A stretch of DNA of 63,136 nt from an uncultured Pseudomonadales bacterium (lineage in GTDB: Bacteria; Patescibacteriota; Microgenomatia; UBA1400; CG1-02-47-37): the NCBI GenBank assembly GCA_964630755.1, contig CAZVYS010000003.1, positions 1-63,136 of the forward strand, written 5' to 3'. Positions 9,936 to 17,950 of the stretch are shown here, in pieces. A program made the translations under genes and the position numbers. The notes under the pieces are model-generated. The model worked only from the letters and a program-made list of their open reading frames with translations. It did no database searches and was not told the origin of the DNA. The first letter of the stretch is position 1. Each line of letters starts with the position of its first letter.

Positions 9936-11852
9936 TCATACACTACACTTGCTCCACCCGCATTCCATGCAAATAGCGCAACCCTCCTTTATTTCTAAAC
10001 TGCCCCCGCAATCCATACACATATCCTTATTTACTCTCAACACTTGATCTTCTTTAGATCCATCTCTGTAAATCGTTATCCCTTTACAACCTTGTTTCCA
10101 GGCTTGCAGATAAGCTTTTTTCACCTCATCAACACTCGCTTTCTTAGCAAAATTAATTGTTTTACTCACACTATTATCAAAGTTCTTCTGCCAAGCAGCT
10201 TGAATCTTTACATGATATTCCCAATCCACTTCATGAGTGGTAACAAATACTCGCCTAAATTTTACTGATATTTCTTTAATTTTCCCCATAGATCCCGTAC
10301 TAGCCAACTGACCCAATATTTCCTGTCTTCTTTTTTTATCCTTAACCTGACTCCTTAAAAACTCTTCAAACACTGGGTCAACTATTACCAACTCTCTGGT
10401 CGGCCGATTATCTTTATCATCCTCAAAAAATGTTCTTCTCAAAGTCACCAACGAAAACACCGGCTCTATTCCACTACTGCAATCTGCAAACAAACTAATT
10501 GTTCCTGTTGGCGCTATCATCGTGGTTGCACAATTCCTTCGTCTCTTTCCTCCAGCATAAATACTCACATCATAATTTGGAAAACTACCTCTTTCTTCTC
10601 CTAATTTCTCGGTTTCTCTATCAGCTTCTTTTCTAATAAAATGACTCAATTTCTCGGCTAACTTAACCGCTGCCTGACTGTTATATGCTATTTCTAGTTT
10701 ATAAAGCAAATGGGCAAACCCCATCACTCCTAGCCCAATTCTTCTATTACCCTCCTTAACCATCTTTTCATTTTTCTCCAAAGGATAACTATTCGCCTCA
10801 ATCATATTATCCAAAAACCTTACCCCCAAAGAAATTGACTTCTTAAGTTCCTTATAGTCCACTTCATACCGACCATTGGCCAATTTCTTTACATGATTAG
10901 AAAGCACTATGCTAGTCAAGTTGCAGTTCTCATACGGCAACATGGCTATTTCCCCGCAGGGATTAGTTGTCTCAATCCTTCCTAAGCTTGGCGTTGGGTT
11001 ATCCTTATCCATTGCATCAATAAAAGCCATCCCCGGATCTCCGCTTAAATGGGCTTGCTTGCAAATCTTAAAAAACAACTTATCCGCCCTTATTTTCTTC
11101 ACTACCTCATTAGTTCTAGGATTAACTAAAGCCCACATCTTTTTAGCCTCTACCGCCTTCATAAACTTATCAGTCACCCCCACCGACACATTAAAGTTTT
11201 TTAAATTTCCATCTTCAGCCTTCATCTCAATAAACTCTTCAATATCAGGATGTGTAACATTCAAAATCGCAATATTAGCTCCCTGTCTTTTTGCTCCTTG
11301 TAAAATTTTAGATAAAGCAGCACTAAACGCTTTAATAAAATCAACCGGGCCCGAAGCCGCTCCAATCACATTCTTAACCTTATCCCCATGAGGCCTAATC
11401 TTGGAAAAATTAAAACCAGTTCCTCCATTGTTTTTATGAACCACCGCAGCCTCACCTAATGTTTTAAAAATCGACTGAATACTATCTTCAATCGGCAACA
11501 CAAAACACGCCGCCATCTGTCCTGTTCCCCCTGGATTTCCAGCTTCAAACATAGCCTTTCCACTACAAACAAACTTTTTACTCACCATTCGCTCATAGAA
11601 CAACTCCGCAGTCTCTCTAACTTTACTATCTATAGCCGCAAGGGATGAATACCCCTTGCCCTTTAAACTCTTTGCAAACTTTACCCGGCGAATGCCGGGC
11701 CACAACACTTCAGGTTTAGCCATGTGTTGAGCCACTCGCCACAACATCTCCCCCACGCTCTCTACTAACCGACCCTTTTGATTAGCCATCAAGTATCTCT
11801 TTTGAGTTATCTCTAAGGCAGTTTTGGATTGCTTTGGTTCTATTATCTTCAT
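9936..11852 (-). CDS. nrdJ: class II ribonucleotide reductase paralogue (no ATP-cone), with internal repeat insertion
   Basis: 638 aa with ACFVLPI, TNPCGEIAM, CNLTSIVL and C-terminal CMDCGG...CAICMECG. Repeat copy B encodes the segment WPGIRRVKFAKSLKGKGYSS. Confidence 0.92.
   Translation of the reverse strand: MKIIEPKQSKTALEITQKRYLMANQKGRLVESVGEMLWRVAQHMAKPEVLWPGIRRVKFAKSLKGKGYSSLAAIDSKVRETAELFYERMVSKKFVCSGKAMFEAGNPGGTGQMAACFVLPIEDSIQSIFKTLGEAAVVHKNNGGTGFNFSKIRPHGDKVKNVIGAASGPVDFIKAFSAALSKILQGAKRQGANIAILNVTHPDIEEFIEMKAEDGNLKNFNVSVGVTDKFMKAVEAKKMWALVNPRTNEVVKKIRADKLFFKICKQAHLSGDPGMAFIDAMDKDNPTPSLGRIETTNPCGEIAMLPYENCNLTSIVLSNHVKKLANGRYEVDYKELKKSISLGVRFLDNMIEANSYPLEKNEKMVKEGNRRIGLGVMGFAHLLYKLEIAYNSQAAVKLAEKLSHFIRKEADRETEKLGEERGSFPNYDVSIYAGGKRRRNCATTMIAPTGTISLFADCSSGIEPVFSLVTLRRTFFEDDKDNRPTRELVIVDPVFEEFLRSQVKDKKRRQEILGQLASTGSMGKIKEISVKFRRVFVTTHEVDWEYHVKIQAAWQKNFDNSVSKTINFAKKASVDEVKKAYLQAWKQGCKGITIYRDGSKEDQVLRVNKDMCMDCGGSLEIKEGCAICMECGWSKCSV
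11627..11700 (+). repeat. GAAT-loop double-hairpin repeat, copy B (inside nrdJ paralogue)
   Basis: tatctatagccg-CAAGGGat gaat acCCCTTG-ccctttaaactctttgcaaacttta-CCCGGC gaat GCCGGG. Confidence 0.85.
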
Positions 11853-13750
11853 GACACACTACACCTTGAATAGCCACACGACAAACAAGTCGCACAGCCT
11901 TCTTTAAAACTTAATTCTCCCCCACACTCTGGACATAGCTCTTCTTGACTATGACCATTCCCAACCCATTTTCTTTGATTATCAACAATCGGATCACTCC
12001 CACTTTGACCTACTCCTGCATTCAAGACCTGCCTCGCCTTACTACCATCCCGATAAACCGTAATCCCTTTACACCCTGTTTGATAAGCCAACTCATAAGC
12101 TTCCTTAACATCGTCAGGCGACGCTGATCTAGACATATTAATCGTTTTTGAAACCGCTGCATCAATGTGCTTTTGCCAAGCTGCCTGCATCTTAATATGT
12201 GTTCTAAAATCTATCTCATGACTCACTTTAAACAACTCCTTAACATCTTTTGGCACGTTTACTATCTCGCTCACTCCTCCAGTCTCACTTACCTCCTTCA
12301 TTAACTCTTTTGAATAAAACTTTCTCTCTTTGGCCACTTTCAAAAACAAATCATTTGCTTCAAGCAACTCAGTATTATCCACATCCAAAATATTCTTTCT
12401 TATATACGACAAGGCAAACAAAGGCTCAATTCCACTACTACAATTGGCAATAATACTAATAGTTCCAGTTGGCGCCACTGTATTAACAGTACTATTCCGC
12501 ATCCCTTTAAAGCCTTGCTTCTCCCAATCACTACCTTTAAAGCCAGGAAACGAGCCTCTTTCTTTAGCTAGCTTTTGTGACTCACTAATAGCCGTGTCAT
12601 GAATAAACTTACTAATTCTCTCCCCCATTCTCAAACCTTGATTTGAATCATAAGCTATCTTTAGCTTTACCAGCATATCTGCAAACCCCATTACTCCTAA
12701 ACCAATCTTTCTAGTCTTTTTAGTCTGTTTATCTATCTCTGGCAATGGATACTTACAAATATCTATCACATTATCCAAAAACCGCACAGCTACTTGAACC
12801 AAATTCTCTATTTTCCTCCAGTTCACCTCCATCACCATTCCTCTACCTCTTTTTTTTCTCTTAACACACTTAGATAAATTAATGCTACCTAAATTACAAC
12901 TTTCATAAGGGAGTAACGGCTGCTCTCCGCAAGGATTAGTCGTTTCTATTCTTCCTAAATGCTTAATCGGACTAGCTTCATTCATCTTGTCAATAAAAAC
13001 CATCCCCGGATCTGCTGTCTTCCAAGCTTGAAAAGTAATCATATCAAGCACTCTAGAAGCCGAAATCTTTTTAACTACTTTAGTTCCAGTTTGCTCCGAC
13101 TCTCCATTGGGAATTCTCAACTCATACTCTTTCCCATTTAAAGCCGCCTTCATAAACTCATCTGTCACTCCCACTGAAATATTAAAATTTCTTACCTCTT
13201 CTTCAACCCCTTTTGCAAAAACAAAATCCATAATATCAGGGTGATGAACATCCATCACCGCCATTAAGGCTACTCTCCGACTAGAACCCTCGTTAATCAC
13301 TTCAGCTGCTTCGTTATAAAGCTTTAAAAAAGAAATTGGGCCAGAGGTAATTCCACCAGTTGATCGAATTCTTGATCCTCTAGGTCGCAAGTTAGACAAA
13401 GGAATGCCTACCCCACCGCCAGTCCTAGCAATCGTGGCCATCTCTTCCATCGAATTAAAAATACTCTCCAACGAATCAACTAAGGGCAGCACAAAACACG
13501 CCGATAATTGATTAAACTTAGTTCCTGCATGCATTAAAGTTGGCGAGTTTGGTAAAAACTCCAACTTACTCATCACCTTGTAAAACTTTTTCTCCCACTT
13601 GCTTCTATTCTCTTTCTTTTCAATCTTTGATATCGCTTTAGCCACCCTCCTAAACATCTGATCAGGCTTTTCAACCACTCTTCCTTCTTTATCTTTTTTT
13701 AGATAATCTCGCTTGGTCAAAACTGTTAAGGCATTATCTGACAACTTCAT
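11849..13750 (-). CDS. nrdJ: class II ribonucleotide reductase paralogue (no ATP-cone)
   Basis: 633 aa with [24 protein letters not shown] and C-terminal CPECGG...CATCLSCG. It overlaps both neighbouring genes by 4 nt. Confidence 0.92.
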   Translation of the reverse strand: MKLSDNALTVLTKRDYLKKDKEGRVVEKPDQMFRRVAKAISKIEKKENRSKWEKKFYKVMSKLEFLPNSPTLMHAGTKFNQLSACFVLPLVDSLESIFNSMEEMATIARTGGGVGIPLSNLRPRGSRIRSTGGITSGPISFLKLYNEAAEVINEGSSRRVALMAVMDVHHPDIMDFVFAKGVEEEVRNFNISVGVTDEFMKAALNGKEYELRIPNGESEQTGTKVVKKISASRVLDMITFQAWKTADPGMVFIDKMNEASPIKHLGRIETTNPCGEQPLLPYESCNLGSINLSKCVKRKKRGRGMVMEVNWRKIENLVQVAVRFLDNVIDICKYPLPEIDKQTKKTRKIGLGVMGFADMLVKLKIAYDSNQGLRMGERISKFIHDTAISESQKLAKERGSFPGFKGSDWEKQGFKGMRNSTVNTVAPTGTISIIANCSSGIEPLFALSYIRKNILDVDNTELLEANDLFLKVAKERKFYSKELMKEVSETGGVSEIVNVPKDVKELFKVSHEIDFRTHIKMQAAWQKHIDAAVSKTINMSRSASPDDVKEAYELAYQTGCKGITVYRDGSKARQVLNAGVGQSGSDPIVDNQRKWVGNGHSQEELCPECGGELSFKEGCATCLSCGYSRCSVS

Positions 13751-14193
13751 TTAATCTCCTTAACTAACTTGGTAAAATCTTTAATTTTATCAAAATCCAA
13801 ATAAACACTGGCAAACCGAACATAAGCCACCTTATCAAGCTTCTTTAGCCGTTTTAAAATCGCATTCCCAACTAACTTACTACTAACTTCACCATTCTTT
13901 TTCCTCATCATCTCTTGCTCAACCTGATCTACTATTTTCTCTATTTTATTAATACTCACCGGCCTCTTCTCACAAGCCCTCACCACTCCTTTTCTCAATT
14001 TTTCTCGGTCAAAGCTCTCTCTCTTATCATCCTTTTTTACTACTTGAAGCTGAGGCCCCTCTATTCTTTCATAAGTCGTAAATCTTTTGGTGCATTTATT
14101 ACACTCCCTTCTTCTCCTGGTAACTGTCTCGTCCTCGCTATCACGAGACTCTAATACTGATGATTCGTTATTATCGCAAAATGGACATTTCAT
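13747..14193 (-). CDS. nrdR: transcriptional repressor NrdR
   Basis: MKCPFCDNNESSVLESR...CNKCTKRFTTYERIE zinc ribbon followed by an ATP-cone. Confidence 0.95.
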   Translation of the reverse strand: MKCPFCDNNESSVLESRDSEDETVTRRRRECNKCTKRFTTYERIEGPQLQVVKKDDKRESFDREKLRKGVVRACEKRPVSINKIEKIVDQVEQEMMRKKNGEVSSKLVGNAILKRLKKLDKVAYVRFASVYLDFDKIKDFTKLVKEIK

Positions 14194-14285
14194 AGCTTTT
14201 GCTCAAGGTCCGTTCTTGAAGCTTTAGCTTTAAGGCTGGACCTTTTTTAGAACTCAAGCGATAAAATCACCCGAGAAAATTATAG

Positions 14286-14332
14286 ACACTATCGGCAGTG
14301 TCCAACAAAACTTTATCCACCATCCGTAGTGT
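14286..14332 (-). promoter_or_regulatory. tandem NrdR boxes upstream of the nrdR-nrdJ operon
   Basis: ACACTATCGGCAGTGT (14286-14301) and CCACCATCCGTAGTGT (14317-14332). They match the 16-bp palindrome acaCwAtATaTwGtgt at 12/16 and 11/16 positions, and start 31 bp apart. Confidence 0.55.
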
Positions 14333-14394
14333 AGTCAACTACCAACTTGTAGCACAAACTATATCAACAACTTTTCTACCCCTGTTATTGCCCT

Positions 14395-16470
14395 TTAATT
14401 TATCATCGTTTCCGAAAACCGATCAAAATACCTCACCTTCTTATTCGACTCACCAACCTCCATCGCTGGAATTTTGTTCTTTAATACTACTGGTTGTATT
14501 ACAAATGTATCCGCAATCTCAGAAAGGATTGCCACAGCAGCAAAAGACCAGTCCCGAAACAAGCTAAAAAACTGATCACTTCCTTCCTCAATTGTTACCC
14601 CCATCGCCCACTCAGCCCCTCCAACCCATTCTTCCAATCCATCCAAAGCCGGTACAGCCATCGACCATCCCAACTCTTCATATTCAGGAATACTTACCTC
14701 ACTTTCCGGCAACCACTCAAAATCATCCATTTTTGGAATCTCAACCTCACTTACTTCAACCTCTTGCTCACCAACTCCAACACTAGGTCTACTATCTTCT
14801 TCAGTCGCTAATAAAACTCCCCTGTCGCCTTGCTCCTCATCACCCACAACCCAACTCCCACTCAACCCACTATAACTAACGTCTTGACTACTACTTTCAA
14901 CTATCTGTTCCTCGTGGCTGTCTCTCTCTGATAAGTTTTTGTTAACAGTTTCAGTCTCTTCAGTTATGCTTGACTCCATCTCCAAAACCGACTTCTCTCC
15001 TACCCATCCATCTTTTTGCCCTACCGCTACTTGTTCTGTTTCTTTTTGAAAAACCACCTCTCTTCCACTAGGACTTGGACCATCAACTGGCTCTTCAGGC
15101 TCTGGGTCATCAAAATCCTCTTCCTCGGCCACATCCAGCTCTTCATCAACTTCTAATGCTTTAGTCTCCAATGCTTTAGTCACTTGCTCAACTCTACTAA
15201 TCTCTTGAAACAAATCTATTTCTCGACTATCAACCGCCTCATCCACCTGCTTATCAGCTATTCCCTCAAAACTCGCCTGACTTGCTTCTACTGGCCAGTC
15301 AAAAACATCAACTGCTTCAGATAATTCAGGTGTTTCAGATATTCCAGGCAATGCAAATCTAGTTTGAGCCTCTAATGCCATTACGCTTAAAGCATTAATT
15401 CCACCAAACACAAACTCCCCACCATCTAATCTTTGTGTCTCAATCATAAAACCAGAAAACATCTCTGCTCTAAATTCCACTGGCATCATCATTGTTAACA
15501 TCGTCATCTCGCCCAAAAACTCTAATCTCATTTCTTCTAACAAGCCATCTATTAAACTATCAATTTCTTCTAATCCACCTTCTACTGCTCCTTGATAAAT
15601 CTCCCCATTCTCTCCCTTAATTTTCACATCACCTATTTCATTAGATTTTCCCTCCCATTCTCCCAATGTTCCCCCACTCAATCCTCCACCATCACTTCCA
15701 TGACTACTCCTAGTCACAATATGCTCACCCACTTTCAAACCATCTAATTCTGCTTGTTCAATCAAAAACTCGTCAATCCCATCCTTTCCACACAAAAATC
15801 CCGCCCACATAATTTTCTCTCCCATCTCGTCTATTAGCCATTCTTCTCCATCAATCATCTGATATCTAATCCTTTTACCTAAATCCCGGTTATTGCCCTC
15901 TAGCTCATCAACCACCCTTCTATCCCATTCTTCATCGATTTCTCTCATTCCCAACAACTGCCAAGCCTCTACAAACACATCCGGCATCCCATTTCCTACA
16001 TACTCATAAATCATCGGCTCTTTACTCCACTCCTCCACTTCTTCTGAGTATTCTTCAGGTAGTAAAACTCTCTTAATGTTTAAACTTCCTCCTTCATTAA
16101 AAACAATCTCTAAAGCCTTACTTAATCCAGTTAAATTCGCCAACTCATCATCTAGATCCAAAAATCTTATCATCGTCATTCCTGATTCTCTTAGTTCAGA
16201 AAAATCTTCCCAGTCAGCCCCCTCTAGATCCATCACCCAACTCTTGCTCTGCCACTCTTCATCAACTAAATCTAATCTGGTGCTCGTTATCGGTGAATTT
16301 ATTAAATCATCTCTGCTTACTTTTCCTATCTTGTCGATTATTAAGTCCTGCTTATCTGGCTTAATCTCGATTCTCTCCCCTTTTGCCGCAAACATCACCT
16401 GAGGCAAACTATAAAGTTCTTCCACCCCCACCTGGACTTCTATATTAATATTTTTTGCTTCTACTGGCAT
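14395..16470 (-). CDS. highly acidic orphan protein, apparently cobalamin-riboswitch controlled
   Basis: 2.1-kb uninterrupted ORF, very Asp/Glu rich, with no signal peptide or TM visible. ATG at 16470 preferred because the 9 extra codons from the TTG at 16497 are the terminator hairpin of the leader. Confidence 0.7.
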   Translation of the reverse strand: MPVEAKNINIEVQVGVEELYSLPQVMFAAKGERIEIKPDKQDLIIDKIGKVSRDDLINSPITSTRLDLVDEEWQSKSWVMDLEGADWEDFSELRESGMTMIRFLDLDDELANLTGLSKALEIVFNEGGSLNIKRVLLPEEYSEEVEEWSKEPMIYEYVGNGMPDVFVEAWQLLGMREIDEEWDRRVVDELEGNNRDLGKRIRYQMIDGEEWLIDEMGEKIMWAGFLCGKDGIDEFLIEQAELDGLKVGEHIVTRSSHGSDGGGLSGGTLGEWEGKSNEIGDVKIKGENGEIYQGAVEGGLEEIDSLIDGLLEEMRLEFLGEMTMLTMMMPVEFRAEMFSGFMIETQRLDGGEFVFGGINALSVMALEAQTRFALPGISETPELSEAVDVFDWPVEASQASFEGIADKQVDEAVDSREIDLFQEISRVEQVTKALETKALEVDEELDVAEEEDFDDPEPEEPVDGPSPSGREVVFQKETEQVAVGQKDGWVGEKSVLEMESSITEETETVNKNLSERDSHEEQIVESSSQDVSYSGLSGSWVVGDEEQGDRGVLLATEEDSRPSVGVGEQEVEVSEVEIPKMDDFEWLPESEVSIPEYEELGWSMAVPALDGLEEWVGGAEWAMGVTIEEGSDQFFSLFRDWSFAAVAILSEIADTFVIQPVVLKNKIPAMEVGESNKKVRYFDRFSETMIN

Positions 16471-16494
16471 AAAAAAACCTTCCTCGCAGGAAGG
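16471..16494 (-). terminator. intrinsic terminator / RBS-sequestering hairpin of the riboswitch expression platform
   Basis: Minus strand reads CCTTCC-tgcga-GGAAGG followed by TTTTTTT and then ATG. The GGAAGG arm doubles as the only SD-like sequence. Confidence 0.6.
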
Positions 16495-16665
16495 CAATAC
16501 CCTTTATCTCCTCCTGCTCGGGAGAGTCCGACGATATATCAGACTTATCATTTAAAGCTCAGTCTTCTGGCTTGTCCGAAGTTACATCAGACTTACAGTT
16601 GCGGCACAGCTTCGGCATTCCTGCTTCGACCTTAGGCGGGTCACCGAATTCCCTGAATCTTTAAT
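16471..16665 (-). promoter_or_regulatory. cobalamin (B12) riboswitch
   Basis: Minus strand: AGGGAATTCGGTGA...CCGAAGCTGTGCCGCAACTGTAAG...ACAAGCCAGAAGACTGAGC. This matches the conserved AGGGAA, GGTGA, GCxGxxCCGCAACTGTAA and B12-box AGCCAGgAGAC elements. Confidence 0.75.
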
Positions 16666-16676
16666 TTAATTGTCAA

Positions 16677-17294
16677 TTATAATTCTGTTTTACTTATCAC
16701 TAATATTTGCTCTAAAACTTGCCTTTGCTCTTCTCCTACTTTTTCATTAATAATCATTATCACTTCCTGATGTTTCCTTGCAGCCTTAGAAAGCTTTTCT
16801 CTAAATTCTGTTTTTGACTCATCAAGTTCAGAAGATAACATCATTGCTTGCTCTAAATATTTTTCCGCCTTTGTTAAGGTTGTTACTCCCAAACTTACCT
16901 TTCCACCTTCAACTAAAGCCCAACCTGCCCCCAAACGCTTATCAGCATATAAAAGCAGTTTTTCTGCCTTTGATTCTGTTTTAGTTGTTAACCACAACTG
17001 CACTTTATCTCTAACCATCTTTAACCAATACATCGGATGGTCTGGTAAAATCCCTGGATACGGTAAATAATAATCAACTGACTCTTGAGAAACTTCCATT
17101 AATGGAGCCTTAGTAATCACCATGCTATTACTTTCAGTTTCTTCTTCTATCACTACCTCTTCCTCCACTTCATGTACTTCATGTTCATGAGCTACTGCTA
17201 GGCTTGTTGCTGACACCCTTAACACTCCTACTCCAAACAGCAACCCCAACACTACTATATATACAGGCATCTTTATCTCATCATGCTTTCTCAT
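16677..17294 (-). CDS. membrane-anchored or secreted hypothetical protein (DUF5667-like)
   Basis: 205 aa with an N-terminal hydrophobic segment and the motif YYLPYPGILPDHPMYWLKMVRDKV followed by helical repeats. Confidence 0.55.
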   Translation of the reverse strand: MRKHDEIKMPVYIVVLGLLFGVGVLRVSATSLAVAHEHEVHEVEEEVVIEEETESNSMVITKAPLMEVSQESVDYYLPYPGILPDHPMYWLKMVRDKVQLWLTTKTESKAEKLLLYADKRLGAGWALVEGGKVSLGVTTLTKAEKYLEQAMMLSSELDESKTEFREKLSKAARKHQEVIMIINEKVGEEQRQVLEQILVISKTEL

Positions 17295-17911
17295 AACCCC
17301 AACTCCTTTAAAACTATTTTTAATGCTTCTTCTCTATCATGAGAATAAGTATCTATGCTCAAATCATACAAATCTTTATGATAAAAATCAAAACAATCTT
17401 TTACCTTTGCTATCTTTATTTTCCTTAACACCCATTTCTCCCACTCATCTTTATACATTCTAGTCCATTTCTTTAAATTCTCTTCCTCTCTTTCAAAAAT
17501 ATGGTTCTTAGCCTCTTCTACTGATACCTTATCTCGATTAACCACTCTATCAACTCTAATATCATCATTCTCGCAATAAACCAACACCTTTAAAGTTTTT
17601 TTCACTTCTTGCGCCATGAACCCAGACAACCATGAATCCAAAATTCTTCCTTCATCTTTTTCAAGTGACTCCCTCATACCATAATCCACTTTTTTATCAA
17701 ACTCATCTTCATAAACCGTCGCCTTATGATGAACCGGACTACTTTTATCAAACACTCCCTTTTCAATCGCATACTTACGCATAAAATCACCACCTGAAAA
17801 ATACTCCCACCCCAACTTTTCAGCTAATCCTTTTCCTAAAGTTGACGATCCAGCTCCTGGTAATCCAGAAATCGTAATATTCTTATACTTAAGGCTATTT
17901 GGCTCAACCAT
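17291..17911 (-). CDS. cytidylate kinase-like / nucleoside monophosphate kinase family protein
   Basis: P-loop ITISGLPGAGSSTLGKGLAEKLGWEYFSGGDFMR. Confidence 0.7.
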   Translation of the reverse strand: MVEPNSLKYKNITISGLPGAGSSTLGKGLAEKLGWEYFSGGDFMRKYAIEKGVFDKSSPVHHKATVYEDEFDKKVDYGMRESLEKDEGRILDSWLSGFMAQEVKKTLKVLVYCENDDIRVDRVVNRDKVSVEEAKNHIFEREEENLKKWTRMYKDEWEKWVLRKIKIAKVKDCFDFYHKDLYDLSIDTYSHDREEALKIVLKELGL

Positions 17912-17950
17912 AGTTAACCGCTATTGTGCCATATTTGCTACAATACGTCT

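Noticed and set aside
14201-14250. Stem (CAAGGTCC...GGACCTT) followed by TTTTTT on the + strand, looking like an intrinsic terminator.
   Set aside because: No + strand gene reads into it. On the relevant minus strand the U-run precedes rather than follows the stem, so it is at most a 5'-UTR structure of nrdR. Function is unsupported.
16471-16497. TTG-initiated 9-codon N-terminal extension (MPSCEEGFF) of the acidic ORF given in the ORF track.
   Set aside because: These codons are the CCTTCC/GGAAGG terminator hairpin plus T-run of the riboswitch. ATG at 16470 with the GGAAGG SD is the credible start.
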